Of a DNA stretch of 64,000 nucleotides, positions 50,869 to 62,087 are shown piece after piece. The notes below the pieces were generated by a model. It searched no databases and was not told where the DNA came from. It was given only the letters and a program-made list of their open reading frames with translations. Source of the DNA: an uncultured Cellvibrio sp. (GTDB lineage: Bacteria > Pseudomonadota > Gammaproteobacteria > Pseudomonadales > Cellvibrionaceae); NCBI GenBank assembly GCA_965650675.1, contig CBFGPN010000003.1, positions 4-64,003 of the forward strand, given 5' to 3'. Position 1 is the stretch's first letter, and each line of letters begins with the position of its first letter. The position numbers and the translations under genes are program-made.

Positions 50869-51861
50869 ATGTTAATTAAAAAGACCCCTGCGTTGACAGA
50901 AAACGATATAACACCTGAAGCAATTTATATGGCTCGCCGTGAGTTTTTCAAAGGTGTAGCCGTCGGTGGATTGGCATTATCCAGTTCGCTATCAGCTTCG
51001 CCATCGCAGATTGCAAGTGTAGACTTACCTGCCCCTGAATGGTTAAAACAAAAAATCAATTCTGCAAAATCCGATAACCAACAAAATAAGGAAATACTGA
51101 CACCTTACGAGCATGTTACAGGCCACAATAATTTTTATGAGTTTGGTTATGAGAAAACTGATCCTGCTGAAAACTCACATAAATTCAAGCCTTTTCCCTG
51201 GTCGGTGAATATTTCGGGCGAAGTCAATAAACCGGGAAATTACACACTGGAAGATATTCTTTCAAAGATGCAATTGGAAGAAAGAATTTATCGTTTGCGT
51301 TGTGTAGAGGCCTGGTCAATGGTAATTCCCTGGATTGGTTTTTCACTGGCTGAATTAATCAAAATGGTTGAGCCAAAATCTTCTGCCAGGTATTTATCTT
51401 TTGTTAGCGTGGAGCGCCCTGATGAAATGCCAGGGCAAGCAAGTAAATTCAGTACAATTGATTGGCCTTATCGTGAAGGGTTGCGTTTGGATGAAGCCAT
51501 GAATCCATTAAGTTTGATGGCGGTTGGTTTGTATGGAAAAGTGTTGCCGAATCAAAATGGTGCGCCTTTGCGTTTGGTGGTGCCCTGGAAATATGGATTT
51601 AAAAGTATTAAATCCATAGTCAAAATAGAATTCACTGAAAAACAACCGAAAACCACATGGAATATTCTGGCACCCGATGAATACGGTTTTTATGCGAATG
51701 TAAATCCACAGGTTGATCATCCTCGTTGGAGTCAAGCCAAAGAAAGACGTCTACCCAGTGGTTTGTTGAAGCCTAATATTGTTGAAACAACTATGTTTAA
51801 TGGTTACGCAGAAGAAGTGTCACATCTTTATAAAAACATGGATTTGAAAAAATTTTATTAA
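50869..51861 (+). CDS. msrP: Protein-methionine-sulfoxide reductase catalytic subunit MsrP (YedY)
   Basis: Tat motif ARREFFK, NNFYEFG, RLRCVEAWSM, NGAPLRLVVPWKYGFKS, HPRWSQ. Start set to ATG 50869. Confidence 0.95.
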   Translation: MLIKKTPALTENDITPEAIYMARREFFKGVAVGGLALSSSLSASPSQIASVDLPAPEWLKQKINSAKSDNQQNKEILTPYEHVTGHNNFYEFGYEKTDPAENSHKFKPFPWSVNISGEVNKPGNYTLEDILSKMQLEERIYRLRCVEAWSMVIPWIGFSLAELIKMVEPKSSARYLSFVSVERPDEMPGQASKFSTIDWPYREGLRLDEAMNPLSLMAVGLYGKVLPNQNGAPLRLVVPWKYGFKSIKSIVKIEFTEKQPKTTWNILAPDEYGFYANVNPQVDHPRWSQAKERRLPSGLLKPNIVETTMFNGYAEEVSHLYKNMDLKKFY

Positions 51862-51907
51862 ATGTTCTAACCCAATTCTCTGCCTTGCCAAAATGTAAAG
51901 TATCAAT

Positions 51908-52498
51908 ATGCCAATCATTCTTCGAAGAATATTAATTTTTATATTGTCTCTAATTCCTCTCGGGTTTATCGCCTATAAAATATTAACCAATGATTTGGGC
52001 GCAGATCCTGCAAAAACGATTGTGTTATTTACTGGTAATTGGGCATTTTATTTTTTATTAATTACTCTGGCGGTAACGCCGCTTAAACGTATGGTTAAGT
52101 TTGCATATTTTCATTTTCGTTGGTTGCAGGTACATCGACGCATGTTGGGTTTATTCACTTTATTTTATGCCTTGTTGCATCTCACATCTTTTTTATGGTT
52201 TGTATTGGGGTGGGAATTTTCGCGGTTTGATGATGAGTTAGTAAAACGGCCTTATATATTGGTCAGTTTGCCTGCGGTGGTTTTACTGATTATGTTGGGA
52301 GTAACTTCAACACAAGCTATGATGAAAAAACTGGGAAAGAATTGGTTGTTATTACATAAAAGCATCTACTTGATTGCGATATTGGCCTGGTTGCACGTCC
52401 TTATGCAAGTGCGATCCAGTTATGTTGATGCTGTTGTATTTGGTTGCCTGGTATTATTTTTGTTGGTGGTTCGTTTGCGGTTTTTCCAGAAAACGTAA
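51908..52498 (+). CDS. msrQ: Heme membrane subunit MsrQ (YedZ)
   Basis: Motifs LGADP, TLAVTP, RRMLGL, LHLTSF, KRPYI, WLLLHKSIY. Confidence 0.93.
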   Translation: MPIILRRILIFILSLIPLGFIAYKILTNDLGADPAKTIVLFTGNWAFYFLLITLAVTPLKRMVKFAYFHFRWLQVHRRMLGLFTLFYALLHLTSFLWFVLGWEFSRFDDELVKRPYILVSLPAVVLLIMLGVTSTQAMMKKLGKNWLLLHKSIYLIAILAWLHVLMQVRSSYVDAVVFGCLVLFLLVVRLRFFQKT

Positions 52499-53218
52499 TT
52501 CCTTTACCCACATCACAGTTGCACCTGCTACGCCAATCGGGGTAACAATAATATTCAATACAGGAATCATGCTGCCCAGTAAAATGATTCCACCATAAGA
52601 ATAACTGGTGAGTGGTATTTGGTTTAACCTGTTTCGCAGTTCCTGAAAACTGAGTTGATGGTTATCTGCAGGGTAATCAGAGTACTGTGCCGCCATACAC
52701 CAACAGCTCCATATGCCGCCCAGAATAACCACTAAAAAATTTAATCCCGGAATAAAAAAACAACCGACTATCAGAATCAATATCAATATCCCTCGTGTTA
52801 CAAAATAAAATAACTTGACCAGTTCACGTTGAAAAGTGCGAGGAATCAATTGTCCCCAGGGTTCTTCCGGCAATGAGTTTCCGGTAATGTGAGTTTCAAT
52901 TTTTTCAGCGAGTAATCCATAAAAAGGCGCTGCAATAATATTGGTGATGATATTGAAGCTGTATCCATATGCCATCAGGAATAAAAACACTGCTAATGGC
53001 CAAATTAACCAGATCAGCCAATCCAGCCAAAATGGAAGTGCTTCCAAAACGTAGTCAATAAAGTCTTTGAATTTGTAGTAAAAAGCAAAAGTGAGTGCGA
53101 TGAATATCAACAGGTTGACGCAAAGGGGAATAAAAATAAAACGACGGAATCCAGGATTGAAAATAATTTTCGAACCTTCAACAAAATACTGTAAAGCTTG
53201 TTCCGGTGAACCTTTCAT
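52454..53218 (-). CDS. cysZ: Sulfate transporter CysZ (EI24 family)
   Basis: Motifs RRFIFIPLCVN, IAAPFYGLLAE, QYSDYPADN, IPVLNI..P..VAGAT. Confidence 0.88.
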   Translation of the reverse strand: MKGSPEQALQYFVEGSKIIFNPGFRRFIFIPLCVNLLIFIALTFAFYYKFKDFIDYVLEALPFWLDWLIWLIWPLAVFLFLMAYGYSFNIITNIIAAPFYGLLAEKIETHITGNSLPEEPWGQLIPRTFQRELVKLFYFVTRGILILILIVGCFFIPGLNFLVVILGGIWSCWCMAAQYSDYPADNHQLSFQELRNRLNQIPLTSYSYGGIILLGSMIPVLNIIVTPIGVAGATVMWVKELRFLEKPQTNHQQK

Positions 53219-53230
53219 GTGGATGACTCC

Positions 53231-53827
53231 TTATTTTGGATTTAATAATGTCAGTTGTTGCAGCATTTTATCGAGAAGAACAAAAGATAAGCCTGCCAAT
53301 GCACCTAAAAGATGCGCATCAATTGCGACAGGGACAGGTAAGAAACTGTGCAGCAGATTAAGATCATTCGTAAAGAGTTGTTCATCAATAATTTTTATGA
53401 CTACACCAATAAACACTACAATTCTTTTCCAGACGGGATGTTCTTTTGCATAAAAACATCCGGCTATTAATAGTCCATGTATAGTGCCCGAGAATCCTGC
53501 GTATTGCATTTCAGGGCTGATAATGAAGATGCCCGTACCGACGATTAAACAGCAGAATAACAGCAGTAATAAAAATTTTTTCACAGGAAAAAAATAAAAA
53601 AGAATCAGAGATGTTAATAAAAAACCAATCAGGTTCATTAAGCTGTGCATCCATCCAAAATGGACAAAGTTACAGCTTAGCCATCGCCAATATTCCCGAT
53701 TTTCCAATATCCCTGAATGGGTCGTCAGTTGTTGAAACTGTTGCGGGCCAAGAAAAGACAGCAGTAATATCAATATCGATACTAAACTTGCAGTCAGAAC
53801 CATGTTTGAATAACGGTAATTTGTCAT
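53231..53827 (-). CDS. Rhombosortase (rhomboid-family protease)
   Basis: EYWRWLS, HFGWMHSLMN, catalytic YAGFSGTIHG, DAHLLG. Confidence 0.78.
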   Translation of the reverse strand: MTNYRYSNMVLTASLVSILILLLSFLGPQQFQQLTTHSGILENREYWRWLSCNFVHFGWMHSLMNLIGFLLTSLILFYFFPVKKFLLLLLFCCLIVGTGIFIISPEMQYAGFSGTIHGLLIAGCFYAKEHPVWKRIVVFIGVVIKIIDEQLFTNDLNLLHSFLPVPVAIDAHLLGALAGLSFVLLDKMLQQLTLLNPK

Positions 53828-53951
53828 AAATTTGTAAGTGTTTCAGATCGACTTCTGAATTTAGCATTGAAGTGCTGTTTGTTCTACAGTCAGTTTGATT
53901 ATAATCGGCTCAATTCGATCAAGTCATTCAGTGTGGGATCACATAGTAACT

Positions 53952-54827
53952 ATGAGTATTCTTTCAATTTCAAATCACTTGCTGACAAGTGTATTGGATG
54001 CTCTTCCTGATGGTGTTCTTATTGTCACAGATCAGCGCAAAATGTTGTACACCAATATCAGATTTCGTGAATTGTGGGGCATTCCATTGGATGTGAATTT
54101 GCAGGAAGAAGGCCCTGCAATCATGCGTTATGCCCTGGAAAAAGTGATTGATCCCACAGGGTTTGTTGAATTAATCGAAAAGTTACATCTGACCAATAAA
54201 AAAGTAGAAGATGAAATTTTACTCAAAGATGGCAGGGTTTTTCGTCGTCGTACTACGGCGTTTGATGATGCTGATCATGGGCAAATACGTTTGTGGATTT
54301 TTACGGATATCACGGATGCCAAGTACAGTCATATTGATTCCATGACCGGGCTATGGAATCGCAACACCTTTGAATTGCATTTCGCATCACTGACGGATCA
54401 GGCATCTCCTGATGCATTGGTGGGCGTTGCATTGATGGATATAGATCATTTCAAATTATTCAATGATACCTATGGCCATGCTGCTGGCGACGATGTATTG
54501 CGGTCCATAGGTGATGTGCTTAATGATTTGCTACAGCGCTCCAGTGATGTTGGATTCAGGGTTGGTGGTGAAGAGTTTTTTATAAAAATTGTCGGACGCA
54601 ACCCCGAAGATATGCTGGCTATGATTGAGAATATTCGACAATCAATAGAGTCATTGGCAATTCCTCACGCAGCCAACCAACCATTTAACAGAGTCACAGT
54701 TTCTTGTGGTTTTGGTATTACTTCATCGCCGATCAGTTCTGATTTTATGTACCGTAAAATTGATAATGCCCTTTATTTATCAAAGTATCAGGGCAGAAAT
54801 CGCACCAACTTTGTGGAGTTGGATTAA
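53952..54827 (+). CDS. PAS-GGDEF diguanylate cyclase
   Basis: PAS domain, DSMTGLWNR, DIDHFKLFNDTYGH, I-site RSSD, GGEEF. Start set to ATG 53952. Confidence 0.9.
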   Translation: MSILSISNHLLTSVLDALPDGVLIVTDQRKMLYTNIRFRELWGIPLDVNLQEEGPAIMRYALEKVIDPTGFVELIEKLHLTNKKVEDEILLKDGRVFRRRTTAFDDADHGQIRLWIFTDITDAKYSHIDSMTGLWNRNTFELHFASLTDQASPDALVGVALMDIDHFKLFNDTYGHAAGDDVLRSIGDVLNDLLQRSSDVGFRVGGEEFFIKIVGRNPEDMLAMIENIRQSIESLAIPHAANQPFNRVTVSCGFGITSSPISSDFMYRKIDNALYLSKYQGRNRTNFVELD

Positions 54828-54869
54828 TGATAACTGCAGACACATGTGTGTCTGCAATCCATCAATTAT

Positions 54870-55166
54870 TTATTTTGCACCAACTGCTTCTAATGCAAGT
54901 GCATATTCCTCGCCATTGCGATGGGTCTTGATCACTTGCAATAAAGTTTTACCTTCAGGACCCACTGCGTTTATGTCTCTGCCTTCGGTGATAAACATTT
55001 GCAAAAAAGTAGCAAAATTTTCACCGCGCATTCCGCGATAAGCTTTTTCCAGCAGGTGATAATCTCCGTTAACTCCTGCTGGTGGCGTGTAATCAAAAAA
55101 TACTTTGATTTTATCCTCAGTAAAAATTTCACCGAGAACTTTTTCTTTGTCTTTGCGTAGGCTCAT
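54870..55166 (-). CDS. PA4642-family protein
   Basis: MSLRKDKEKVLGE, DYHLLEKAYRGMR, GRDINA. Confidence 0.8.
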   Translation of the reverse strand: MSLRKDKEKVLGEIFTEDKIKVFFDYTPPAGVNGDYHLLEKAYRGMRGENFATFLQMFITEGRDINAVGPEGKTLLQVIKTHRNGEEYALALEAVGAK

Positions 55167-55209
55167 TTTTAAATCTCACTTCAATTTAGTTTTTTAGGCA
55201 AACAATTTT

Positions 55210-55328
55210 CCCTCACCCCAGCCCTCTCCCAGAGGGAGAGGGGGAATAATTTTACTCCGTAATTAAGAAGGTCTTTTTACGTTGGGAGTAAAATCCCCTC
55301 TCCCTTTGGGAGAGGGTTAGGGTGAGGG
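55210..55328. repeat. Inverted pair of C/G-rich palindromic units
   Basis: CCCTCACCCCAGCCCTCTCCC-AGA-GGGAGAGGG ... CCCTCTCCC-TTT-GGGAGAGGGTTAGGGTGAGGG, 2 nt after the gatB stop. Confidence 0.88.
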
Positions 55329-55330
55329 CT

Positions 55331-56776
55331 TTACCCATTCAATTTCTTCAATAACAATTCATTCAATGTCTGCGGATTCGCTTGTCCCTGGCTGGCTTTC
55401 ATCACCTGACCAACAAAGAACCCCAGCATTTTTGGACGTTTGCTTTCGTCTGCACTGCGATAGTTTTCCACTTGTTGTGGATTTTTCGCTATGACCTCAT
55501 CAATCATTTTTTCCAGTGCGCCTGTGTCAGAAACCGGTTTGAGTCCTTTGGCTTCGATGATGGTGATGGCGTCGCCTTCGCCGTTGCACATGGCTTCAAA
55601 TACTTGCTTCGCCAATTTGCTGGTAGTGGTTCCGTCTTTCAAACATTTAATCAAGCCTGCAAGCAAATCAGGCGTAATGGGCGATTGAATAATGGTTTGT
55701 TCAGTTTTATTTAAATAGGCAGCAAGATCACCCAGCACCCAGTTAGCGGATAATTTGGCGTCTTGTGAAATCTGTGCAGTTTTTTCAAAAAATGCTGCAA
55801 TATTTTTATCAGCCGATAACTGACCCGCATCGTATTCACTTAAACCGTATTGCTCAACAAAACGAACACGTTTGGCTTCGGGCAATTCCGGCATTTGTTT
55901 GCGAACGGATTCGATATAGTCGTCATCCAGAATTACTGGTAGCAGATCAGGGCAGGGGAAGTAGCGATAATCGTTGCTGTCTTCTTTGCTGCGCATGCTG
56001 CGGGCTTTTTTGGTGTCGCCGTTGTACAAGCGAGTTTCCTGAATAATTTTTCTACCGCTTTCAATTTCTTCAATCTGGCGTTCCACTTCCAACTCTATGG
56101 CTTCTTCCATAAATTTAAACGAGTTAAGGTTTTTGGTTTCGGTGCGGGTGCCGAGTTTTTCTTGACCTTTTGGTCTTACCGAAATATTCACGTCAAAACG
56201 CATTGAGCCTTGCGACATTTCACCATCGCAAATTTCCAGTGAAGTGACAATTGAGTGCAATTTTTTGGCGAAAGCAACCGCTTCTTCGGCGCTGCGCATA
56301 TCGGGTTCGGTGACTACTTCGATTAAGGGTGTGCCTGCGCGGTTTAAATCAATTCCGCTCATGCCGGCAAAATCTTCGTGCAAGGATTTACCCGCATCTT
56401 CTTCCAGATGTGCGTGGTGAATGCGAACACGTTTGGTACGACCGCCTTCGAGTTCGAGATCCACATAGCCTGCACCGACAATCGGCTCGGCTAATTGTGT
56501 GGTTTGATAACCTTTGGGTAAATCAGGATAAAAATAATTCTTACGTTCAAAGACTGAGCGCTTGCCGATTTCTGCATTCACTGCCAAACCAAACATGGTG
56601 GCAAAGCGAAAAGCTTCGGCATTAGGTGTTGGTAAAGTGCCGGGTAATGCCAAATCAATTGCGCAAGCTTGAGTGTTAGGCTCAGCACCAAATGCAGTGC
56701 TGGCGCCGGAGAAAATTTTGGTTTTGGTCGCGAGTTGTACGTGTACTTCCAACCCGATTACAGTTTCCCATTGCAT
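55331..56776 (-). CDS. gatB: Asp/Glu-tRNA amidotransferase subunit B
   Basis: Motifs [52 protein letters not shown]. Confidence 0.98.
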   Translation of the reverse strand: MQWETVIGLEVHVQLATKTKIFSGASTAFGAEPNTQACAIDLALPGTLPTPNAEAFRFATMFGLAVNAEIGKRSVFERKNYFYPDLPKGYQTTQLAEPIVGAGYVDLELEGGRTKRVRIHHAHLEEDAGKSLHEDFAGMSGIDLNRAGTPLIEVVTEPDMRSAEEAVAFAKKLHSIVTSLEICDGEMSQGSMRFDVNISVRPKGQEKLGTRTETKNLNSFKFMEEAIELEVERQIEEIESGRKIIQETRLYNGDTKKARSMRSKEDSNDYRYFPCPDLLPVILDDDYIESVRKQMPELPEAKRVRFVEQYGLSEYDAGQLSADKNIAAFFEKTAQISQDAKLSANWVLGDLAAYLNKTEQTIIQSPITPDLLAGLIKCLKDGTTTSKLAKQVFEAMCNGEGDAITIIEAKGLKPVSDTGALEKMIDEVIAKNPQQVENYRSADESKRPKMLGFFVGQVMKASQGQANPQTLNELLLKKLNG

Positions 56777-56801
56777 AAATTTTTTCTCATTTCATATTAA
56801 C

Positions 56802-56877
56802 TGTAGGTTGGAAGAGCGAAGCGACTTCCGACATTTTCGAAAATCTGTCGGAAGTCGCTTCGCTCTTCCAACCTACA
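56802..56877. repeat. Perfect inverted GTAG-REP doublet within gatA-gatB
   Basis: TGTAGGTTGGAAGAGCGAAGCGACTTCCGACA, a 12-nt spacer, then its exact reverse complement. Confidence 0.9.
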
Positions 56878-56885
56878 CATTGTGT

Positions 56886-58340
56886 TTATTCAATATTCGG
56901 TGCTGTTTGTTTGTGAAATTCGGTTGCGTTCTGGAATTGATGCGCAACATTTAACAATTGCGACTCCGCAAAGAAATTTCCGATTAATTGCAAACCAACC
57001 GGCTTGTTATCCACCAATCCACAAGGAATTGAAAGCCCTGGTAAACCCGCAAGGTTAGTAGCGATGGTGTAAATATCTTCCAAATACATAGCAACCGGAT
57101 CTTTGGTTTTGGATCCAAATTGAAATGCAGGTGATGGCGATGTTGGGCCTAGAATCACATCAACCGTTTTGAAAGCTTCAACAAAGTCCTGCTTGATCAA
57201 GCGGCGAACTTTTTGTGCTTTGCTGTAATAGGCATCGTAATAACCGGCAGATAAAGCGTAAGTTCCCACTAAAATACGACGCTTCACTTCTGCACCAAAA
57301 CCTTCGCTGCGTGAACGCATATAGAGATCATTTAAATCTTTCGGGTTGTCACAGCGATGACCGTAACGAACACCATCAAAACGCGACAAGTTGGCAGAAC
57401 ATTCTGCCGGTGCAATCACGTAATAAGCGGGAACAGAAAGATGTGTGTGCGGCAAGCTGACGCTGTGAATAGTGGCGCCGAGTTTTTCGTACACTTTGAT
57501 TGCATCTTCAATTAGCGCAGCCGTTTTTGGATTTAATCCTTCACCGAAATATTCTTTCGGTACACCAATACGCAAACCATTTAACGGTTTGTTTAAATCA
57601 GCGGTGTAATCCGGCACATCGCGTTCAACACAGGTTGAATCTTTTGCATCGTAGCTCGCCATGTCGTTTAATAAAATCGCGGCGTCTTCTGCTGTGCGCG
57701 ATAAAATTCCTGCTTGATCCAAACTGGAAGCAAAGGCAATCATGCCCCAACGCGATACGCGACCGTAAGTGGGTTTAATTCCGGTTAATCCGCACAGGGC
57801 AGCGGGTTGACGAATCGAACCACCGGTGTCAGAAGCAGTTGCTGCCGGTGCTAAATGTGCAGCGACTGCTGCTGCTGAACCACCGGAAGATCCACCAGGA
57901 ACACAATCAGTTGCCCATGGGTTTTTCACGGGGCCATACCAACTTGTTTCGTTAGATGAACCCATGGCAAATTCATCCATATTGGTTTTACCCAGCATCA
58001 CCACACCGGAATCCAAATAATTTTCTACGATAGTGGCGTTGTAAGGCGCGATAAATTTATCGAGCATTTTGGATGCGCAAGATGTACGCACACCGGTGGT
58101 ACAAAAAATATCTTTATGCGCAATCGGCACACCGCAGAGTGCAGGCGCAGTACCAGTGGCCAAACGTTTATCTGCCGCTGCTGCTTGTTGCAATGCAATC
58201 TCGTTGGTCACTGTGATGTAAGAGTTGTAGGTTTTATCAAGACGCGCGATGCGATCCAGATAATGTTGTGTGACTTCGACGCTGGAAAAATCTTTCTTAC
58301 GTAGACCTTTTATCAGCTCGGCAATGGTGAATTGATGCAT
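56886..58340 (-). CDS. gatA: Asp/Glu-tRNA amidotransferase subunit A
   Basis: Amidase signature [38 protein letters not shown]. Confidence 0.98.
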   Translation of the reverse strand: MHQFTIAELIKGLRKKDFSSVEVTQHYLDRIARLDKTYNSYITVTNEIALQQAAAADKRLATGTAPALCGVPIAHKDIFCTTGVRTSCASKMLDKFIAPYNATIVENYLDSGVVMLGKTNMDEFAMGSSNETSWYGPVKNPWATDCVPGGSSGGSAAAVAAHLAPAATASDTGGSIRQPAALCGLTGIKPTYGRVSRWGMIAFASSLDQAGILSRTAEDAAILLNDMASYDAKDSTCVERDVPDYTADLNKPLNGLRIGVPKEYFGEGLNPKTAALIEDAIKVYEKLGATIHSVSLPHTHLSVPAYYVIAPAECSANLSRFDGVRYGHRCDNPKDLNDLYMRSRSEGFGAEVKRRILVGTYALSAGYYDAYYSKAQKVRRLIKQDFVEAFKTVDVILGPTSPSPAFQFGSKTKDPVAMYLEDIYTIATNLAGLPGLSIPCGLVDNKPVGLQLIGNFFAESQLLNVAHQFQNATEFHKQTAPNIE

Positions 58341-58381
58341 TCAATATTTCCTGAAAATTTTTGATAAATTTTAAATTTATT

Positions 58382-58487
58382 CCCTCACCCTAACCCTCTC
58401 CCGGAGGGAGAGGGAATTGATTGAACTACGTACTAAATAAAGTAGGGAGTTCGTCCCCTCTCCCCTTGGGAGAGGGCTAGGTGAGGG
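58382..58487. repeat. Inverted pair of C/G-rich palindromic units between gatC and gatA
   Basis: CCCTCACCCTAACCCTCTCCC-GGA-GGGAGAGGG ... CCCTCTCCC-CTT-GGGAGAGGGCTAGGTGAGGG. Confidence 0.88.
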
Positions 58488-58496
58488 CAATACAAA

Positions 58497-58784
58497 TTAC
58501 TCAATCACCTTCGGCACCAAATACAAACCATCCTGAGTTGCTGGTGCTATAGATTGAAATGCTTCGCGTTGATTGGTTTCGCTAATCACGTCGGGGCGCA
58601 ATTTTTGTACAGCATCGAGAGGATGTGCCATGGGTAAAACGCCATCGGTATTAATCGCTTGAAGCTGATCGACCAAGGCTAAAACATCAGAAATACTTTT
58701 GGCTGCTTCCTGAGCCGCGGCATCATTTATTTCAATGCGGGCTAACTTTGCCAGTTTAGCGATGTCAGAAGATTCAATTGCCAT
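58497..58784 (-). CDS. gatC: Asp/Glu-tRNA amidotransferase subunit C
   Basis: Motifs IAKLAKLARIE, PMAHP, LRPD, GLYLVPKVIE. Confidence 0.96.
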   Translation of the reverse strand: MAIESSDIAKLAKLARIEINDAAAQEAAKSISDVLALVDQLQAINTDGVLPMAHPLDAVQKLRPDVISETNQREAFQSIAPATQDGLYLVPKVIE

Positions 58785-58971
58785 TCGCGGTGCTCCGAAC
58801 AGAGGGAGAAGTTAAAAAGAGATAAGTTAAAAAAGGCGCACAAGGTATCACACTTGCGCCTTGCTCTGAATCCCCGTGATTGTTAGAGTGCAGGCAATAA
58901 AAAATCGCGCAGCTAATTTGGGCTTTTTCACATATACTGCGCGGCTTATTTTTAATGTTGATCCAACCTAA

Positions 58972-60027
<1,056 letters not shown>

Positions 60028-60047
60028 TTTCAAAAGAGGGCCTTGCT

Positions 60048-60917
60048 ATCAAACCGCTCTTTAGTCGTGGATCCTCTGTTACCAGCCGTGCATTTATCCT
60101 GATTGTGATCATGGTAGGGTTGGTTGTAGTGAGTTTATACACAGACAAACTGGACATAGTGAGAGAGAAACTGAGCCCTCTGATCACTCCCTTCTACAAA
60201 GTGACCGATATCCCCAGGCGTGTTGGTCACTGGGTCGATAATGCGACCGACTCTCCGGAAGATCTGCAATCCCAAAATGAGGCACTGAACGCTCAGGTGC
60301 TGATTCTGCAACGAAAATCCCAGCAGATGGCAGCTTTGGCTGCGGAAAACGTACGTTTACGACAACTATTGAATGCCAGTAATTTACTGCAGGAAACGGT
60401 GGTGATTGCTGAATTGATTGGCGTTTCGCCTAACCCTTTGAGTCATCAAGTCATTATTAATCGAGGAACTCAAGACGGGGTTTTTAAAGGTCAGCCGGTT
60501 CTGGATGCCTTCGGTCTAATGGGGCAAATTACCGAGGTCAGTTCTGCATCCAGTACGGTTCTGCTGATTTCTGATGCAACCCATGCTATCCCGGTACAGG
60601 TCAATCGCAATGACGTGCGAGCCATAGCGGAAGGTACGGGTGATATGAATCGATTGAGTTTGCGTCATGTCCCCGCTAATACCGATATTCGTGTGGGTGA
60701 TCTATTGGTCAGTTCCGGATTGGGCAAGCGATTTCCGGTAGGTTATCCGGTTGCTCAGGTTGAACAGGTTGTTCGTGATCCCGCGAAAGCGTTTTTAACG
60801 GTTACCGCAAAACCCATGGCAAGACTGGATCGCAGCCGACATCTGTTGTTGGTGTTTGAATCTGCAAGAGATGTAATCGATCAGGAAGAGCCCGTTACCC
60901 GATCAGTGACACCTTGA
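60048..60917 (+). CDS. mreC: Rod shape-determining protein MreC (probable AUC start at 60048; ORF track starts at GTG 60105)
   Basis: In-frame ATC AAA CCG CTC TTT AGT CGT GGA encodes (M)KPLFSRG. Also ENVRLRQLL, IINRG, GLMGQI, LVSSGLGKRFPVGYPVA. Confidence 0.9.
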   Translation: MKPLFSRGSSVTSRAFILIVIMVGLVVVSLYTDKLDIVREKLSPLITPFYKVTDIPRRVGHWVDNATDSPEDLQSQNEALNAQVLILQRKSQQMAALAAENVRLRQLLNASNLLQETVVIAELIGVSPNPLSHQVIINRGTQDGVFKGQPVLDAFGLMGQITEVSSASSTVLLISDATHAIPVQVNRNDVRAIAEGTGDMNRLSLRHVPANTDIRVGDLLVSSGLGKRFPVGYPVAQVEQVVRDPAKAFLTVTAKPMARLDRSRHLLLVFESARDVIDQEEPVTRSVTP

Positions 60918-60928
60918 GTGGAGGTTAA

Positions 60929-61423
60929 ATGCACGCCTCCGCACTGAATTTATATATTTTGATGTTTACCAGTTTTCTGATGGCGCTGTTGTTGTCGGTT
61001 TACCCCTTGCCTATGGAGTGGCGTTGGTGGAGACCGGAATTTGTTTTGATGGTGTCCATTTATTGGGTCGTTATTCTGCCATTCAATATCAGTCTTACAT
61101 CACTTTGTGCTTTGGGTCTGTTTCAGGATTTACTGGAAGGCACTCCCTTTGGCCAGCACAGTCTGGGCATTATTCTGGTGTCTTATTTTTGTTTATTTTC
61201 CTATCAACGTTTACGTAACTTCAATTTAATCAAACAAATGCTTGCTATGTTTGTGATGATTTCTATTGCCCAACTTACTGATAACTGGGTGCAAGGAATG
61301 GCCGGGCGTCCTTTGGCTGGAGTCAGTTTCATTTATTCTGCAATTGCCAGTGCATTATGCTGGCCATTGGTGAGATTTTTGTTGGTGTTTTCGGGTCAAA
61401 AATTACGCGTTTTTCAACAATAA
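60929..61423 (+). CDS. mreD: Rod shape-determining protein MreD
   Basis: Motifs RPEFVLMVSIYW and GLFQDLLEGTPFGQH. Confidence 0.93.
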   Translation: MHASALNLYILMFTSFLMALLLSVYPLPMEWRWWRPEFVLMVSIYWVVILPFNISLTSLCALGLFQDLLEGTPFGQHSLGIILVSYFCLFSYQRLRNFNLIKQMLAMFVMISIAQLTDNWVQGMAGRPLAGVSFIYSAIASALCWPLVRFLLVFSGQKLRVFQQ

Positions 61424-61440
61424 ATTGATGGGAACAGGAG

Positions 61441-62049
61441 ATGACAATCAATATTTATCTGGCATCTGCGTCTCCGCGTCGTCGTGAGTTATTACAACAA
61501 ATAGGTGTTCAACATCAGCTGGTTCGTACAGATGTTGAAGAAAAGAGGAAGCCGGACGAACCTGCTATTCATTATGTTCAGCGTCTGGCTTTGGAAAAGG
61601 CAAAATCAGGTTTGGCCAGGATTCAGCAGGAAGGGCGTAATCTGGCACCGGTTTTGGGTGCAGACACCCTGGGTGTTCTTGATGGTGAAATTCTCGAAAA
61701 ACCTGTAGATGAAGCCAATGCAGCGGAAATGTTACGCCACTTGTCTGGTCGGACTCATCAAGTGATCACGGCTGTTGCACTGGTATCACCTGAAAAATGC
61801 CTGACAGATTATTCAGTCACCCAGGTGACTTTTCGTCAGTTAACAGAAACAGAAATAAAAGCCTATTGGAAGACGGGTGAACCTGGCGATAAAGCGGGTG
61901 GTTACGCAATACAGGGATTAGGTGCAGTATTTGTTCAATCGATTCAAGGTAGTTACTCCAATGTTGTGGGTTTACCGATAGAAGTGTGTTGCAAACTATT
62001 TGCCGAATTTGATATCCCGGTGTGGCAATCAACAAATACTCAAAGTTAA
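61441..62049 (+). CDS. maf: Maf-family nucleoside triphosphate pyrophosphatase (YhdE-like)
   Basis: Motifs YLASASPRRRELL, GADT, LSGRTH, DKAGGYAIQG, NVVGLP. Confidence 0.95.
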   Translation: MTINIYLASASPRRRELLQQIGVQHQLVRTDVEEKRKPDEPAIHYVQRLALEKAKSGLARIQQEGRNLAPVLGADTLGVLDGEILEKPVDEANAAEMLRHLSGRTHQVITAVALVSPEKCLTDYSVTQVTFRQLTETEIKAYWKTGEPGDKAGGYAIQGLGAVFVQSIQGSYSNVVGLPIEVCCKLFAEFDIPVWQSTNTQS

Positions 62050-62087
62050 CAAATGCTCGGAATAAAAATTGGAATCAAGAGTTAAAT

